A stretch of 61,135 nucleotides of DNA, filler included. It is 7 parts of 7 records of this genome, joined end to end, with 100 filler letters (N's around TTAATTAATTAA, not from the genome) between each part and the next. Parts side by side here need not be neighbours in the genome. Positions count along the whole stretch, not along the records: positions 26,911 to 32,711 come from SRR31156797_1352; positions 32,812 to 45,410 come from SRR31156797_1361; 5 more parts are not named here. The stretch is one strand, 5' to 3'. Both the position numbers and the translations under genes were made by a program. The notes below the pieces were generated by a model that saw only the letters and a program-made list of their open reading frames with translations, had not been told where the DNA came from and ran no database searches. Positions 28,628 through 36,720 of this stretch are shown piece by piece (the first letter of the stretch is position 1; every line of letters begins with the position of its first letter).

Positions 28628-28936
28628 ATGGGAATAGAACAGCATAAACCAATGCACCCGGGGGAGTTTATAAAACGGGTATATTTAAAGCCGTTTAAGA
28701 TAGGCTCAAATGCTTTAAGTCGTAGATTAAAAGTCAGCCCTGGGGCTGTCAGTCGGCTATTAAATGGAAAAACAGATCTTTCTCCGGCCATGGCATTAAA
28801 AATATCTAAGGTTTTAGGCAGATCCCCGGAAAGCTGGCTTTTGATGCAAGGCAATTATAACCTTTGGGAAGAGAAGCAAAAATTAGATTTAAATATCTTT
28901 AAACCTATTAATTTTACTGAATTACAGACCGTTTAA
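28628..28936 (+). CDS. higA: HigA antitoxin (XRE HTH)
   Basis: PMHPGEFI, HTH, SPESWLLMQ. Confidence 0.93.
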   Translation: MGIEQHKPMHPGEFIKRVYLKPFKIGSNALSRRLKVSPGAVSRLLNGKTDLSPAMALKISKVLGRSPESWLLMQGNYNLWEEKQKLDLNIFKPINFTELQTV

Positions 28937-28952
28937 AGAAAGGGGAATATAT

Positions 28953-29168
28953 ATGGCAATATCAACAATAGATAAAAATCCATTGCTTGACCAAAAGGTT
29001 ATTGCAAAACGTTTAAGGGGTTTGAGAAATGGATTTGCTTGCAATGCTATTGAGGGTAATCCTTTGACTGAAAATGAAAAAAAATTTTTAGAGGATCTTG
29101 TAACCAGAGGATATACTGACGATCAGATTACAGTTGAAATATTAAAGGCATTAAAAATTGAATCGTAA
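28953..29168 (+). CDS. VbhA/FicA-like antitoxin
   Basis: 71 aa; CNAIEG resembles the (S/T)xxxE(G/N) inhibitory motif; overlaps the fic start. Confidence 0.7.
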   Translation: MAISTIDKNPLLDQKVIAKRLRGLRNGFACNAIEGNPLTENEKKFLEDLVTRGYTDDQITVEILKALKIES

Positions 29169-29793
29169 AAAAGTAGCCACTCCACATTTGATCCCTGGGA
29201 CCGAAATTTTAAAAAATAAATATGGGATCACGGATCAGGCCAAGCTAAATCAATTGGAACGATTAGAAACGGCCACCCGGCGTTCAAGTATCCCTGATGG
29301 TAATTTTTCCCCAGCTCACTTAAAAAAGATTCATAAGCACCTTTTCAAAAATATTTATGAGTGGGCCGGGGAATTCAGGGATATCCCAACCGAAAAAGGT
29401 ACGACGGTTTTTTGTCGGCCTGAATATATTACCCAGGAGGCGGAGAAGGTGGCAAAAATGGTTGATGTGGAAGAATTAAAGGCCGTAACACCTAAAGAGT
29501 TTGCCGCCGAGCTAGGGAAAATTATAGGGGAATTAAATGTAGTTCATCCTTTTCTTGAAGGGAATGGCCGCACAATGAGGGCTTACGCTGAAAAAATTAG
29601 TGAAAAGGCCGGATATAGGCTTGATATAACCAAGCTCAACAAGAAGGAATGGAACAACGCTTGTATTGTGGCTTATCACCAGGATAGTAAAATGTTAGCC
29701 GGTTTATTGCAGAAACATCTTAAACCAACGGCTGTAAAAAAATTGCAGCAGCAAAGGCAAAATAAAACTTTGGGCAGGGGGTTAAGCCGTTAA
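29158..29793 (+). CDS. Fic-domain toxin (class I, VbhT/FicT-like)
   Basis: HPFLEGNGRTMR active site; IHKHLFKNIYEWAGEFR. Confidence 0.92.
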   Translation: MNRKKVATPHLIPGTEILKNKYGITDQAKLNQLERLETATRRSSIPDGNFSPAHLKKIHKHLFKNIYEWAGEFRDIPTEKGTTVFCRPEYITQEAEKVAKMVDVEELKAVTPKEFAAELGKIIGELNVVHPFLEGNGRTMRAYAEKISEKAGYRLDITKLNKKEWNNACIVAYHQDSKMLAGLLQKHLKPTAVKKLQQQRQNKTLGRGLSR

Positions 29794-29827
29794 TTTTCTG
29801 TAAGGATAGAATAAAGGAATCATTCAG

Positions 29828-30199
29828 GTGAACTTTATAGAGCGCATAGAGCAATATAAAAAAGATGGTAAAAATTTATTTTCATATACTGAAAAAATTA
29901 TGGCTGCTTTAATGGACCCTTTTGTTTTTAATGATTTAATGCCGGAGGATTTTAAAACCGATCCTCAAGCCGGATATTATGAGCTTGACCAGGATCAGAG
30001 GGAATTTGTTGATCGTGCATTGATCCCATGCCAGATAACAGGAGAAACATTAAGACTGATTCAGGAGCTTAGAGCTAAATCCGAAGGACAAAGGGATATT
30101 CCAAAAGCAATACACGATTGTGTTTATATGTGTAATTCTTATTTTAATGAAATTAAAGCCGGGGTTTTGATCGATGCAAAATATCCGGATACAAAATAA
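29828..30199 (+). CDS. Hypothetical protein
   Basis: 123-aa ORF with AAGGA SD, co-oriented with neighbours. Confidence 0.6.
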   Translation: MNFIERIEQYKKDGKNLFSYTEKIMAALMDPFVFNDLMPEDFKTDPQAGYYELDQDQREFVDRALIPCQITGETLRLIQELRAKSEGQRDIPKAIHDCVYMCNSYFNEIKAGVLIDAKYPDTK

Positions 30200-30701
30200 A
30201 AATTGGGTGTGTAAGTTGATTAAAAGAATATTACTTATCGCCGGGGTTATATTTTTATTTTCAAATCCCTGCTTATCCTGGACTGGCAGTGTCTATAAAA
30301 TCACCGATGGTGACACTATCAAGGTTTGGCACAAAGGAAAAATTGTAAAAGTTAGACTTTATGGTATAGACACCCCGGAAAGATCACAAAAGGGCGGCAA
30401 AAAAGCCGCTAAGTTTGTAAAAGATCTTATCAAGATAGGACAAAAAGTTTTAATAGATCCTATAGATATTGATAGATACGGGCGTACCGTCGGGCTTGTT
30501 CAGGTCCAGGCCGGTGGCCTGAATCTGAACAAAACTCTTATCAAAAAAGGTCATGCCTGGGTTTATACTCGGTATTGTAAAAAACATTTTTGCCGGGCCT
30601 GGGCCGATCTGGAAGCTTCGGCCAGGAATAAAAAAATAGGACTTTGGGCTGATCCTGATCCGGTGCCGCCCTGGGAGTATAGGAAACAGAAACGTAATTA
30701 A
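30174..30701 (+). CDS. Secreted thermonuclease (SNase-like)
   Basis: ITDGDTI, VRLYGIDTPE, DRYGR, GLWADPDPVPPWEYRK; hydrophobic N-terminus; real start may be slightly downstream. Confidence 0.92.
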   Translation: MQNIRIQNKNWVCKLIKRILLIAGVIFLFSNPCLSWTGSVYKITDGDTIKVWHKGKIVKVRLYGIDTPERSQKGGKKAAKFVKDLIKIGQKVLIDPIDIDRYGRTVGLVQVQAGGLNLNKTLIKKGHAWVYTRYCKKHFCRAWADLEASARNKKIGLWADPDPVPPWEYRKQKRN

Positions 30702-30721
30702 AAGAATGTTAAATGATGTTA

Positions 30722-30916
30722 TTATTTTCTTTCTGGGTATCCAAGGTTATCACCATGTTTTATATTTTCGGGTAAAATAGCCCCTTGCTCCCGTAATGCT
30801 TCTATCGAAAAAAGATCCATGAATCCTGCTTCGCAGAAAGGGCAGGAATTTGCTTCTTTTTCACTCACTATGGCTTTTTCACAATGACAACACCAATAAG
30901 TATATGATTTGTTCAT
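30722..30916 (-). CDS. Small Zn-finger protein
   Basis: CCHC and CPFC motifs; GGAG SD upstream. Confidence 0.6.
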   Translation of the reverse strand: MNKSYTYWCCHCEKAIVSEKEANSCPFCEAGFMDLFSIEALREQGAILPENIKHGDNLGYPERK

Positions 30917-31053
30917 ATTTGTTCTCCGTGATAAATTTATATCTCAGCCATAATCAAAATAATGAATTTAGTCAAATAATAACGGTGGTACTGTAATATT
31001 CATGAATCAATTATTGGCTAAAAATTAAACTAAAATTTCAAGGTTCGTGTCAG

Positions 31054-31171
31054 TGTCAAAGAAAGTATACTTTTTCAGACAGTTACAAACATACAAAAAA
31101 GAGTGTCAATAAAACTTATAAAACTATTTTATTGACATATTGTAAGGAATCCTCTATAAGTTATTTAGACA
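31054..31171. promoter_or_regulatory. res site of the serine resolvase (subsites I-III) overlapping a sigma70 promoter
   Basis: 28-bp TGTCAAAGAAAG-TATA-CTTTTTCAGACA (31054-31081), 22-bp spacer, 34-bp TGTCAATAAAA-N12-TTTTATTGACA (31104-31137), weaker third TGT...AGACA site; TTGACA-17-TATAAG. Confidence 0.8.
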
Positions 31172-31190
31172 CTAACGCAAAGAGGAATTT

Positions 31191-31367
31191 ATGAAACAAG
31201 AATTAAAAAATAAAATTAGAGCGATCATCTTTGAGCAGGATTTAACTGTTTATGATTATAAAAAATTAGGAAAACACCTTACTATTAAAGAACAGTGTCA
31301 CCCTGCGGAATGGTTTGAATTTTTCCAGCAGAGCAAACATAGACCTACTGAATGGACTGCAAAATAA
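31191..31367 (+). CDS. Small hypothetical protein, 58 aa; not in the ORF track
   Basis: AGAGG SD; MKQELKNKIRAIIFEQDLTVYDYKKLGKHLTIKEQCHPAEWFEFFQQSKHRPTEWTAK; stops 6 nt before the resolvase ATG. Confidence 0.55.
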   Translation: MKQELKNKIRAIIFEQDLTVYDYKKLGKHLTIKEQCHPAEWFEFFQQSKHRPTEWTAK

Positions 31368-31373
31368 AAAACT

Positions 31374-31928
31374 ATGGCTAACATCGGATATATAAGAGTT
31401 TCGACAGTAGGACAAAATACAAACAGGCAACTAAGCGGGCTTGCCCTGGATAAAATTTTTAAAGATAAGATTTCCGGGAAATCCATTAAACGGCCAGGCT
31501 TACAAAAGTGCCTTGAGTATATACGGGAAGGTGACACGCTTCATATTCATTCCATGGATCGCCTTGCCCGGAACCTTGCGGATCTGCAAAATACTGTTGA
31601 GGATTTAACCGGCAAGGGGATTTCTGTTAAATTCCACAAAGAAAATCTTACCTTCACAAATGACGCAAACGCCATGAGTAAATTACTTTTACAAGTCATG
31701 GGTGCGGTTGCCGAGTTTGAAAGGGCATTGATTAAAGAAAGACAAATGGAAGGCTTGGCAGCAGCCAAGGCCAAAGGTAAAATTTTAGGCCGAGCACCGG
31801 CCCTTAATGACGAGCAGATACAAGAAGCAAGAGCTATGGCTTTGGTAAAAACACCAAAGGCCCAAATAGCCAAACACTTTGGTATTAGTCGGCAGACACT
31901 ATATAAATACTTAGCGAAAACAGAATAA
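31374..31928 (+). CDS. Serine resolvase/invertase
   Basis: IGYIRVST, SMDRLARN, AEFERALIKERQ, C-terminal HTH GISRQTLYKY. Confidence 0.95.
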   Translation: MANIGYIRVSTVGQNTNRQLSGLALDKIFKDKISGKSIKRPGLQKCLEYIREGDTLHIHSMDRLARNLADLQNTVEDLTGKGISVKFHKENLTFTNDANAMSKLLLQVMGAVAEFERALIKERQMEGLAAAKAKGKILGRAPALNDEQIQEARAMALVKTPKAQIAKHFGISRQTLYKYLAKTE

Positions 31929-31938
31929 AGGACTCGTT

Positions 31939-32463
31939 ATGACGATAACGGAAATAGCTTCACTTGTTAGTGCGTGTGGTGGGTTTTTGACGGCAATAGT
32001 TGCCTGCGTTGCTACTTTTTTTACTTTTAAAGCAACAAAAGCAGCTCAACACTCTACAGAGTTGAGCCGGAAACAAATCAAAAATAGTCAACAAGAAAAA
32101 ATAATAGGTATTCATTTAGGATTCCAAAAAGAAATCAGAAATCTACAGAAAAAATTGCCAGACGCTGTTAATAACCCAAGCTGGAAACCAAGTCCTCTTG
32201 AGCACCGCTCTATAACTCTTTATTGGTATCTCGTTTTTGATGAATGGCTCGTATGTTTGGAAGGAGGGGCAGAATTAAAAAGATTGTGGGACCAGTATTA
32301 TTCCGAAGGCGCTAAAGCAGGGTTGAAGATTCCTGAGTTTCAAAAAAAATTGAAAGCCTTATTTGAGGGAGATAGCACTTTTATGGGTAAAGGTGAAGCT
32401 TTCTATCAGACAATGAATAGCCTGCACAGGGAATTATATGGGAAAGATTTACTTCAAAACTGA
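31939..32463 (+). CDS. Hypothetical membrane-anchored protein
   Basis: N-terminal TM helix followed by a helical domain; AAGGA SD. Confidence 0.6.
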   Translation: MTITEIASLVSACGGFLTAIVACVATFFTFKATKAAQHSTELSRKQIKNSQQEKIIGIHLGFQKEIRNLQKKLPDAVNNPSWKPSPLEHRSITLYWYLVFDEWLVCLEGGAELKRLWDQYYSEGAKAGLKIPEFQKKLKALFEGDSTFMGKGEAFYQTMNSLHRELYGKDLLQN

Positions 32464-32482
32464 AACAGAATAGGGGATAGGG

Positions 32483-32680
32483 ATGAGAAATAGCCGTAGA
32501 AGTCGCATTGTAGAATTATTGGGGCAAGGTTATAGTGATGAAAAAATCATCCGCGTTATTGATCAAGAATTCCCTCCGGGTAGGTTTTTAACGCCAAATT
32601 CAAAAGCTCTTTATGGGACGAAATGGGACCTTGGAAAGACCAAAAACCAAACTAAGAATACTAAAGCTGCAACAGAATAA
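32483..32680 (+). CDS. Small hypothetical protein, possibly HTH-like
   Basis: 65 aa, RIVELLGQGYSDEKI; purine-rich SD. Confidence 0.45.
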   Translation: MRNSRRSRIVELLGQGYSDEKIIRVIDQEFPPGRFLTPNSKALYGTKWDLGKTKNQTKNTKAATE

Positions 32681-32711
32681 AGGACTGCATATTTTTGAAA
32701 AAGTTACTGAA

Positions 32712-32811
32712 NNNNNNNNNNNNNNNNNNNNNNNNNNNNNNNNNNNNNNNNNNNNTTAATTAATTAANNNNNNNNNNNNNNNNNNNNNNNNNNNNNNNNN
32801 NNNNNNNNNNN
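32712..32811. other. Artificial contig spacer
   Basis: N44-TTAATTAATTAA-N44. Confidence 0.98.
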
Positions 32812-32896
32812 AGAAGATTTTTTAGTTCAAAGTCAAATTGAATCATTTTGATTTTAAAAAATCTATAAGGCGTTCTGACTTTGAAAAATAAAAGAG

Positions 32897-33886
32897 GTGA
32901 ACATTATGGAATTTTCATTCAATCTTAATGCAATAAACGATAACTATAAAGCTTCTGAAATAAAAGAAGATGAACTATATGATGTAATAATAATAGGTGC
33001 AGGGCCAGCTGCAATGACAGCCGCAGTTTACTGTATGAGAAAAGGTGTAAAAACTGCAATAGTTGCCAAAAAAATCGGTGGTCAGGTAAGTGATACCAAA
33101 TCTATAGAGAACTACATGGGTTATAACTATATTGGTGGAGAAGAACTGGTTAAGAAGTTTGAAGATCAAGTTAAACAATTTGAAATAGGTTTCAAAGACA
33201 ATGTCCTAGTTGAAAAAATAACTGAGAATGGAAAAGATAAACTCATTCACCTAGATAATGGCAGTGTTATTAAATCAAAAGCTGTGATTATCTCTGCTGG
33301 AAACAAATGGAGACAATTAAATGTTGAAGGTGAAGAGGAGTACAAAGGAAGAGGAGTTTCATACTGTACAATCTGTGATGGACCATTCTTTAGAAACCTA
33401 AATGTTGTAGTTGTTGGCGGAGGTAATTCAGGAGTTGAGGCAGCCCTTGATTTAATCAAAGTTGCAAAACATGTGACGATCGTTGAATATACGGATAAAC
33501 TAAATGCAGACAAGATACTACTTGATAAGATAAATGAATTTGATAATTTCGATAGTATTACATCAACAAAAGTTAATGAGATAAAAGGTGCCGATCATGT
33601 AAATAAAATCTCTCTGGAAGATGTAAATACCGGAGTGAAAAGAGATTTTGATACTGACGGAGTGTTTGTAGAGATTGGATTAGTTCCAAACTCTAACTTT
33701 GTAGAAGGTTTAGTTGAATTAAATAAACATGGAGAAATATTAGTAGATCACGAATGTAAAACAAATATTGATGGAATATTTGCTGCAGGTGATATTACAT
33801 CTGTTCCATATAAACAGATAATAATTGCAGGAGGAGAAGGTGCAAAGGCTGCATTATCAGCTTGTGATTATGTTCTTAAATACTAA
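32897..33886 (+). CDS. trxB: Thioredoxin reductase (AhpF C-terminal-like)
   Basis: IIGAGPA, GVSYCTICDG, VGGGNSG, IFAAGD. Confidence 0.9.
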   Translation: MNIMEFSFNLNAINDNYKASEIKEDELYDVIIIGAGPAAMTAAVYCMRKGVKTAIVAKKIGGQVSDTKSIENYMGYNYIGGEELVKKFEDQVKQFEIGFKDNVLVEKITENGKDKLIHLDNGSVIKSKAVIISAGNKWRQLNVEGEEEYKGRGVSYCTICDGPFFRNLNVVVVGGGNSGVEAALDLIKVAKHVTIVEYTDKLNADKILLDKINEFDNFDSITSTKVNEIKGADHVNKISLEDVNTGVKRDFDTDGVFVEIGLVPNSNFVEGLVELNKHGEILVDHECKTNIDGIFAAGDITSVPYKQIIIAGGEGAKAALSACDYVLKY

Positions 33887-33957
33887 TAATAAAACTTGTT
33901 TTTCAGAAGACAGTTAAATTGAGTTCTGATATTGAAAACAAATAAGGAGGCATAAAA

Positions 33958-34599
33958 ATGGCTTTACTACCTGATGAAATAAAAAAACAATTAAGCGAAA
34001 CTCTCGAATCTTTAGGTCAAAGTGTTAAGATTCAATTTTTCAAAAGCGAGGAGAAGTGTAATCTCTGTGAAGAGACTAAAGCTCTTCTTGGTGAGATCAC
34101 AGAACTAACTGATAAAGTGGAGCTTAATATTCTTGATTTTGACAAGGACAAAGAGCTTGCTGACAAATATGGTATTGATAAAGTACCTGGTTTCACTCTA
34201 TTAAAAGAGGATGGTTCATTAACAGGGATTAAGTTTTATGGTCCTCCTGCTGGATATGAGATTAACTCATTTATATTTGGACTATTAGAAACTTCAGGAA
34301 AAGAGCAGGAAGTACCAAAAGAATTAGAGGAAAAAATCAAAGCAATTGATAAAAAAGTTAATATTAAAGTTTTTGTCGGCCTAAGTTGCCCTCATTGTCC
34401 GGGTGCCGTAATAGCTGCAAATAAATTATCACTTCTTAATCCAAATATAGACTCAGAAATGATTGAAGCAAGTCTATTTGATGATTTATCAAATGAGTTT
34501 GGAATTAGTTCTGTTCCAAGAATATTCTTCAATGATAAAAGTGATCTGTTAGGTGCTCAACCATTAGAAGAGTTTGTTAAAGCAATAGAAAAATTATAA
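33958..34599 (+). CDS. Protein disulfide oxidoreductase (two Trx folds, AhpF-NTD-like)
   Basis: CNLC and CPHC; FYGPPAGYEINSF; SSVP and GAQP. Confidence 0.88.
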   Translation: MALLPDEIKKQLSETLESLGQSVKIQFFKSEEKCNLCEETKALLGEITELTDKVELNILDFDKDKELADKYGIDKVPGFTLLKEDGSLTGIKFYGPPAGYEINSFIFGLLETSGKEQEVPKELEEKIKAIDKKVNIKVFVGLSCPHCPGAVIAANKLSLLNPNIDSEMIEASLFDDLSNEFGISSVPRIFFNDKSDLLGAQPLEEFVKAIEKL

Positions 34600-34603
34600 A
34601 ACT

Positions 34604-34652
34604 AAACAGGGGTATTCTCAGTTTATAATATTTGAGACATATTCCTGTTTTT
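34604..34652 (+). terminator. Probable intrinsic terminator
   Basis: AAACAGG...TCTCA / TGAGA...CCTGTTT hairpin followed by a T run. Confidence 0.55.
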
Positions 34653-34867
34653 TCTTTGCTATTTTTTGATTATTTATTTTTTTATTTGAATTTTCTTAAT
34701 TTATTGATATTTACCTGTTTTTATTATATAATAAGCAGAAGTGCATATAAAAAATTAAAGCTTTGAATTATGTAAAATTATTCGGGCTTTTTGATAAATC
34801 AGGAATGATTATTTTTCTAATCACTGCTTTTAATAAGCTTGAATAGAAAACAATATAGGAGGAAAGA

Positions 34868-35503
34868 ATGAGTAATAATTGTATTCTAATTGGAGTAGCA
34901 GGAGGAAGTGGATCAGGAAAAACCACTGTAGCAAATAATCTTTTAAAATCTTTTAAAAATCAAAAAGAAGTTGCGTTAATTTCTCAGGATTCTTATTATA
35001 AGGACCACAATGATTTAACTCTGGAAGAAAGAGCAAAGTTAAATTATGATCACCCTAACTCATTAGAGTTTAAATTATTAAAAAAACACTTATTAGACCT
35101 TAAAGCAGGAGTTTCTGTTGAGATGCCTGCATATGATTTTGCAAACCATGCAAGAAAAAATGAATATGAAACTATCGAGCCATGCAGAGTTATTATAGTT
35201 GAAGGTATCCTTATCTTTGCAGTGCCTGAAGTTAGAGATATGTTTGATATGAAAATCTTCGTTGATACTGATGCTGATGAGATGTTACTTAGAAGAATCG
35301 AAAGAGATATCAAAGAGAGAGGCAGAACTTTTGACTCTGTTAAAAGTCAATATCTTGAAACAGTTAAACCAATGTTCTTAGAGTTTTGTGAACCAAGTAA
35401 AAGATATGCTGATGTAATTATCCCGCGTGGAGGAGAAAATCAAATAGCAATCAATATGGTTGTTGCAAAACTGAAAAGATTTATAAAAAAAGGAGCGCTG
35501 TAA
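34868..35503 (+). CDS. udk: Uridine kinase
   Basis: GVAGGSGSGKTT, QDSYY, NYDHP, RRIERD, EPSKRYADVIIP. Confidence 0.95.
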   Translation: MSNNCILIGVAGGSGSGKTTVANNLLKSFKNQKEVALISQDSYYKDHNDLTLEERAKLNYDHPNSLEFKLLKKHLLDLKAGVSVEMPAYDFANHARKNEYETIEPCRVIIVEGILIFAVPEVRDMFDMKIFVDTDADEMLLRRIERDIKERGRTFDSVKSQYLETVKPMFLEFCEPSKRYADVIIPRGGENQIAINMVVAKLKRFIKKGAL

Positions 35504-35506
35504 TTT

Positions 35507-36262
35507 ATGAGAATAATTTCATGGAATGTAAACGGCATTAGAGCTGCTGAAAGAAAGGGTTTTATTGACTGGATGGAAACTGAAAATCCTGATATAGTTT
35601 GCATACAGGAAACTAAAGCCCAAAGAGAGCAATTAAGTGATAAACTATTAAATATCAGCGGATATACATCGTATTTTGAATCTGCCGAAAGAAAAGGTTA
35701 CAGTGGTGTCGCTATCTATACTAAGCACGAACCAAAAAGTATCACTAATCTGGGAGTAGAGGAGTATGATGCTGAAGGAAGAGTAATCATAGCAGAATAT
35801 GATGATTTTTTCTTAATTAATTGTTATTTCCCTAACAGTCAGGAAAAAGGAAAAAGGATCGACTATAAAATTGGTTTCTGTGATGCTATCTTAGAGCACT
35901 GTAACAAACTAGTTGCAGAGGGTAAAAACATTGTTATTACCGGTGATTATAATATCGCACATATGGAGATCGATCTTGCAAGACCAAAACAAAATGAAGA
36001 TAACCCTGGTTATTTACCTGCCGAAAGAGAGTGGATGACTAAATTCTTATCAAACGGTTATATCGATACATTTAGAACTCTGCACCCTGAAGAGATTAAA
36101 TACTCATGGTGGAGCTACAGAGCCGGAGCCAGAGCTAGAAACGTTGGCTGGAGAATTGATTATTTCTGTGTAAATGAGTCTTTTAAAGCAAATGTTAAAT
36201 CAGCTGAAATCCTTAATGAAGTAATGGGATCAGATCATTGTCCGGTTGTAATTGAAGTTTAA
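35507..36262 (+). CDS. xth: Exodeoxyribonuclease III
   Basis: SWNVNGIRA, QETK, GYSGVA, GDYN, GWRIDY, SDHCPV. Confidence 0.96.
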   Translation: MRIISWNVNGIRAAERKGFIDWMETENPDIVCIQETKAQREQLSDKLLNISGYTSYFESAERKGYSGVAIYTKHEPKSITNLGVEEYDAEGRVIIAEYDDFFLINCYFPNSQEKGKRIDYKIGFCDAILEHCNKLVAEGKNIVITGDYNIAHMEIDLARPKQNEDNPGYLPAEREWMTKFLSNGYIDTFRTLHPEEIKYSWWSYRAGARARNVGWRIDYFCVNESFKANVKSAEILNEVMGSDHCPVVIEV

Positions 36263-36388
36263 ATCAAATATTTCTTAAAATTTATTTTTATTTTTAGCAG
36301 GAAATATCTCTTTTTATTGTATATTTCAAGTGAATAGTACGATACCATAAACCAACAACATTTAAAACCTGCAAAGGAGCTGATTATT

Positions 36389-36652
36389 ATGATTATACAA
36401 GTAAAAGAATTCCAAGATAAAAAACCGACATTATTGTATAAAGAAATAAAAAAAGATCTTGATCAAGGTATGCGTATTGTTCTGGATTTCAAATTTGTTC
36501 CTAGTTTAGCATATGAATTTTTAATTGATAGTGTTGGACAGGTTTTATCTGAGTATGATTTTGAATCCATAAAACATAAACTCAACTTTATCAATGTTGA
36601 TGTTGAGATCAAAGAAATGCTTCTAAAAATAGTAAATGATGCTACTAATTAA
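36389..36652 (+). CDS. Small STAS-like (DUF4325-like) protein
   Basis: IVLDFKFVPSLAYEFLIDSVG pattern; AAGGAG SD. Confidence 0.55.
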   Translation: MIIQVKEFQDKKPTLLYKEIKKDLDQGMRIVLDFKFVPSLAYEFLIDSVGQVLSEYDFESIKHKLNFINVDVEIKEMLLKIVNDATN

Positions 36653-36664
36653 TTTATTAATATT

Positions 36665-36694
36665 AAAGAGCCCAGCAAATGCTGAGCTCTTTTT
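36665..36694. terminator. Bidirectional intrinsic terminator
   Basis: AAAGAGCCCAGCA-aa-TGCTGAGCTCTTTTT between convergent genes. Confidence 0.75.
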
Positions 36695-36720
36695 ATTTTG
36701 AATCTAATTTATTAATTTAC

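Larger units (their letters stand above)
26911..32711. mobile_element. Plasmid or ICE accessory segment
   Basis: Two TA pairs, thermonuclease, resolvase with res site, DUF2958-like gene; no housekeeping genes. Confidence 0.8.

Noticed and set aside
26911-32711. Reading the contig as a Dnd or BREX defence island, or as a Tn3 transposon
   Set aside because: No dndB/D/E, pglZ/brxC or transposase, and no terminal inverted repeats are visible.
34757-34792. Hairpin in the udk leader as a PyrR or UTP attenuator
   Set aside because: No PyrR-binding consensus; the stem is AT/GU-rich with a short U tract.
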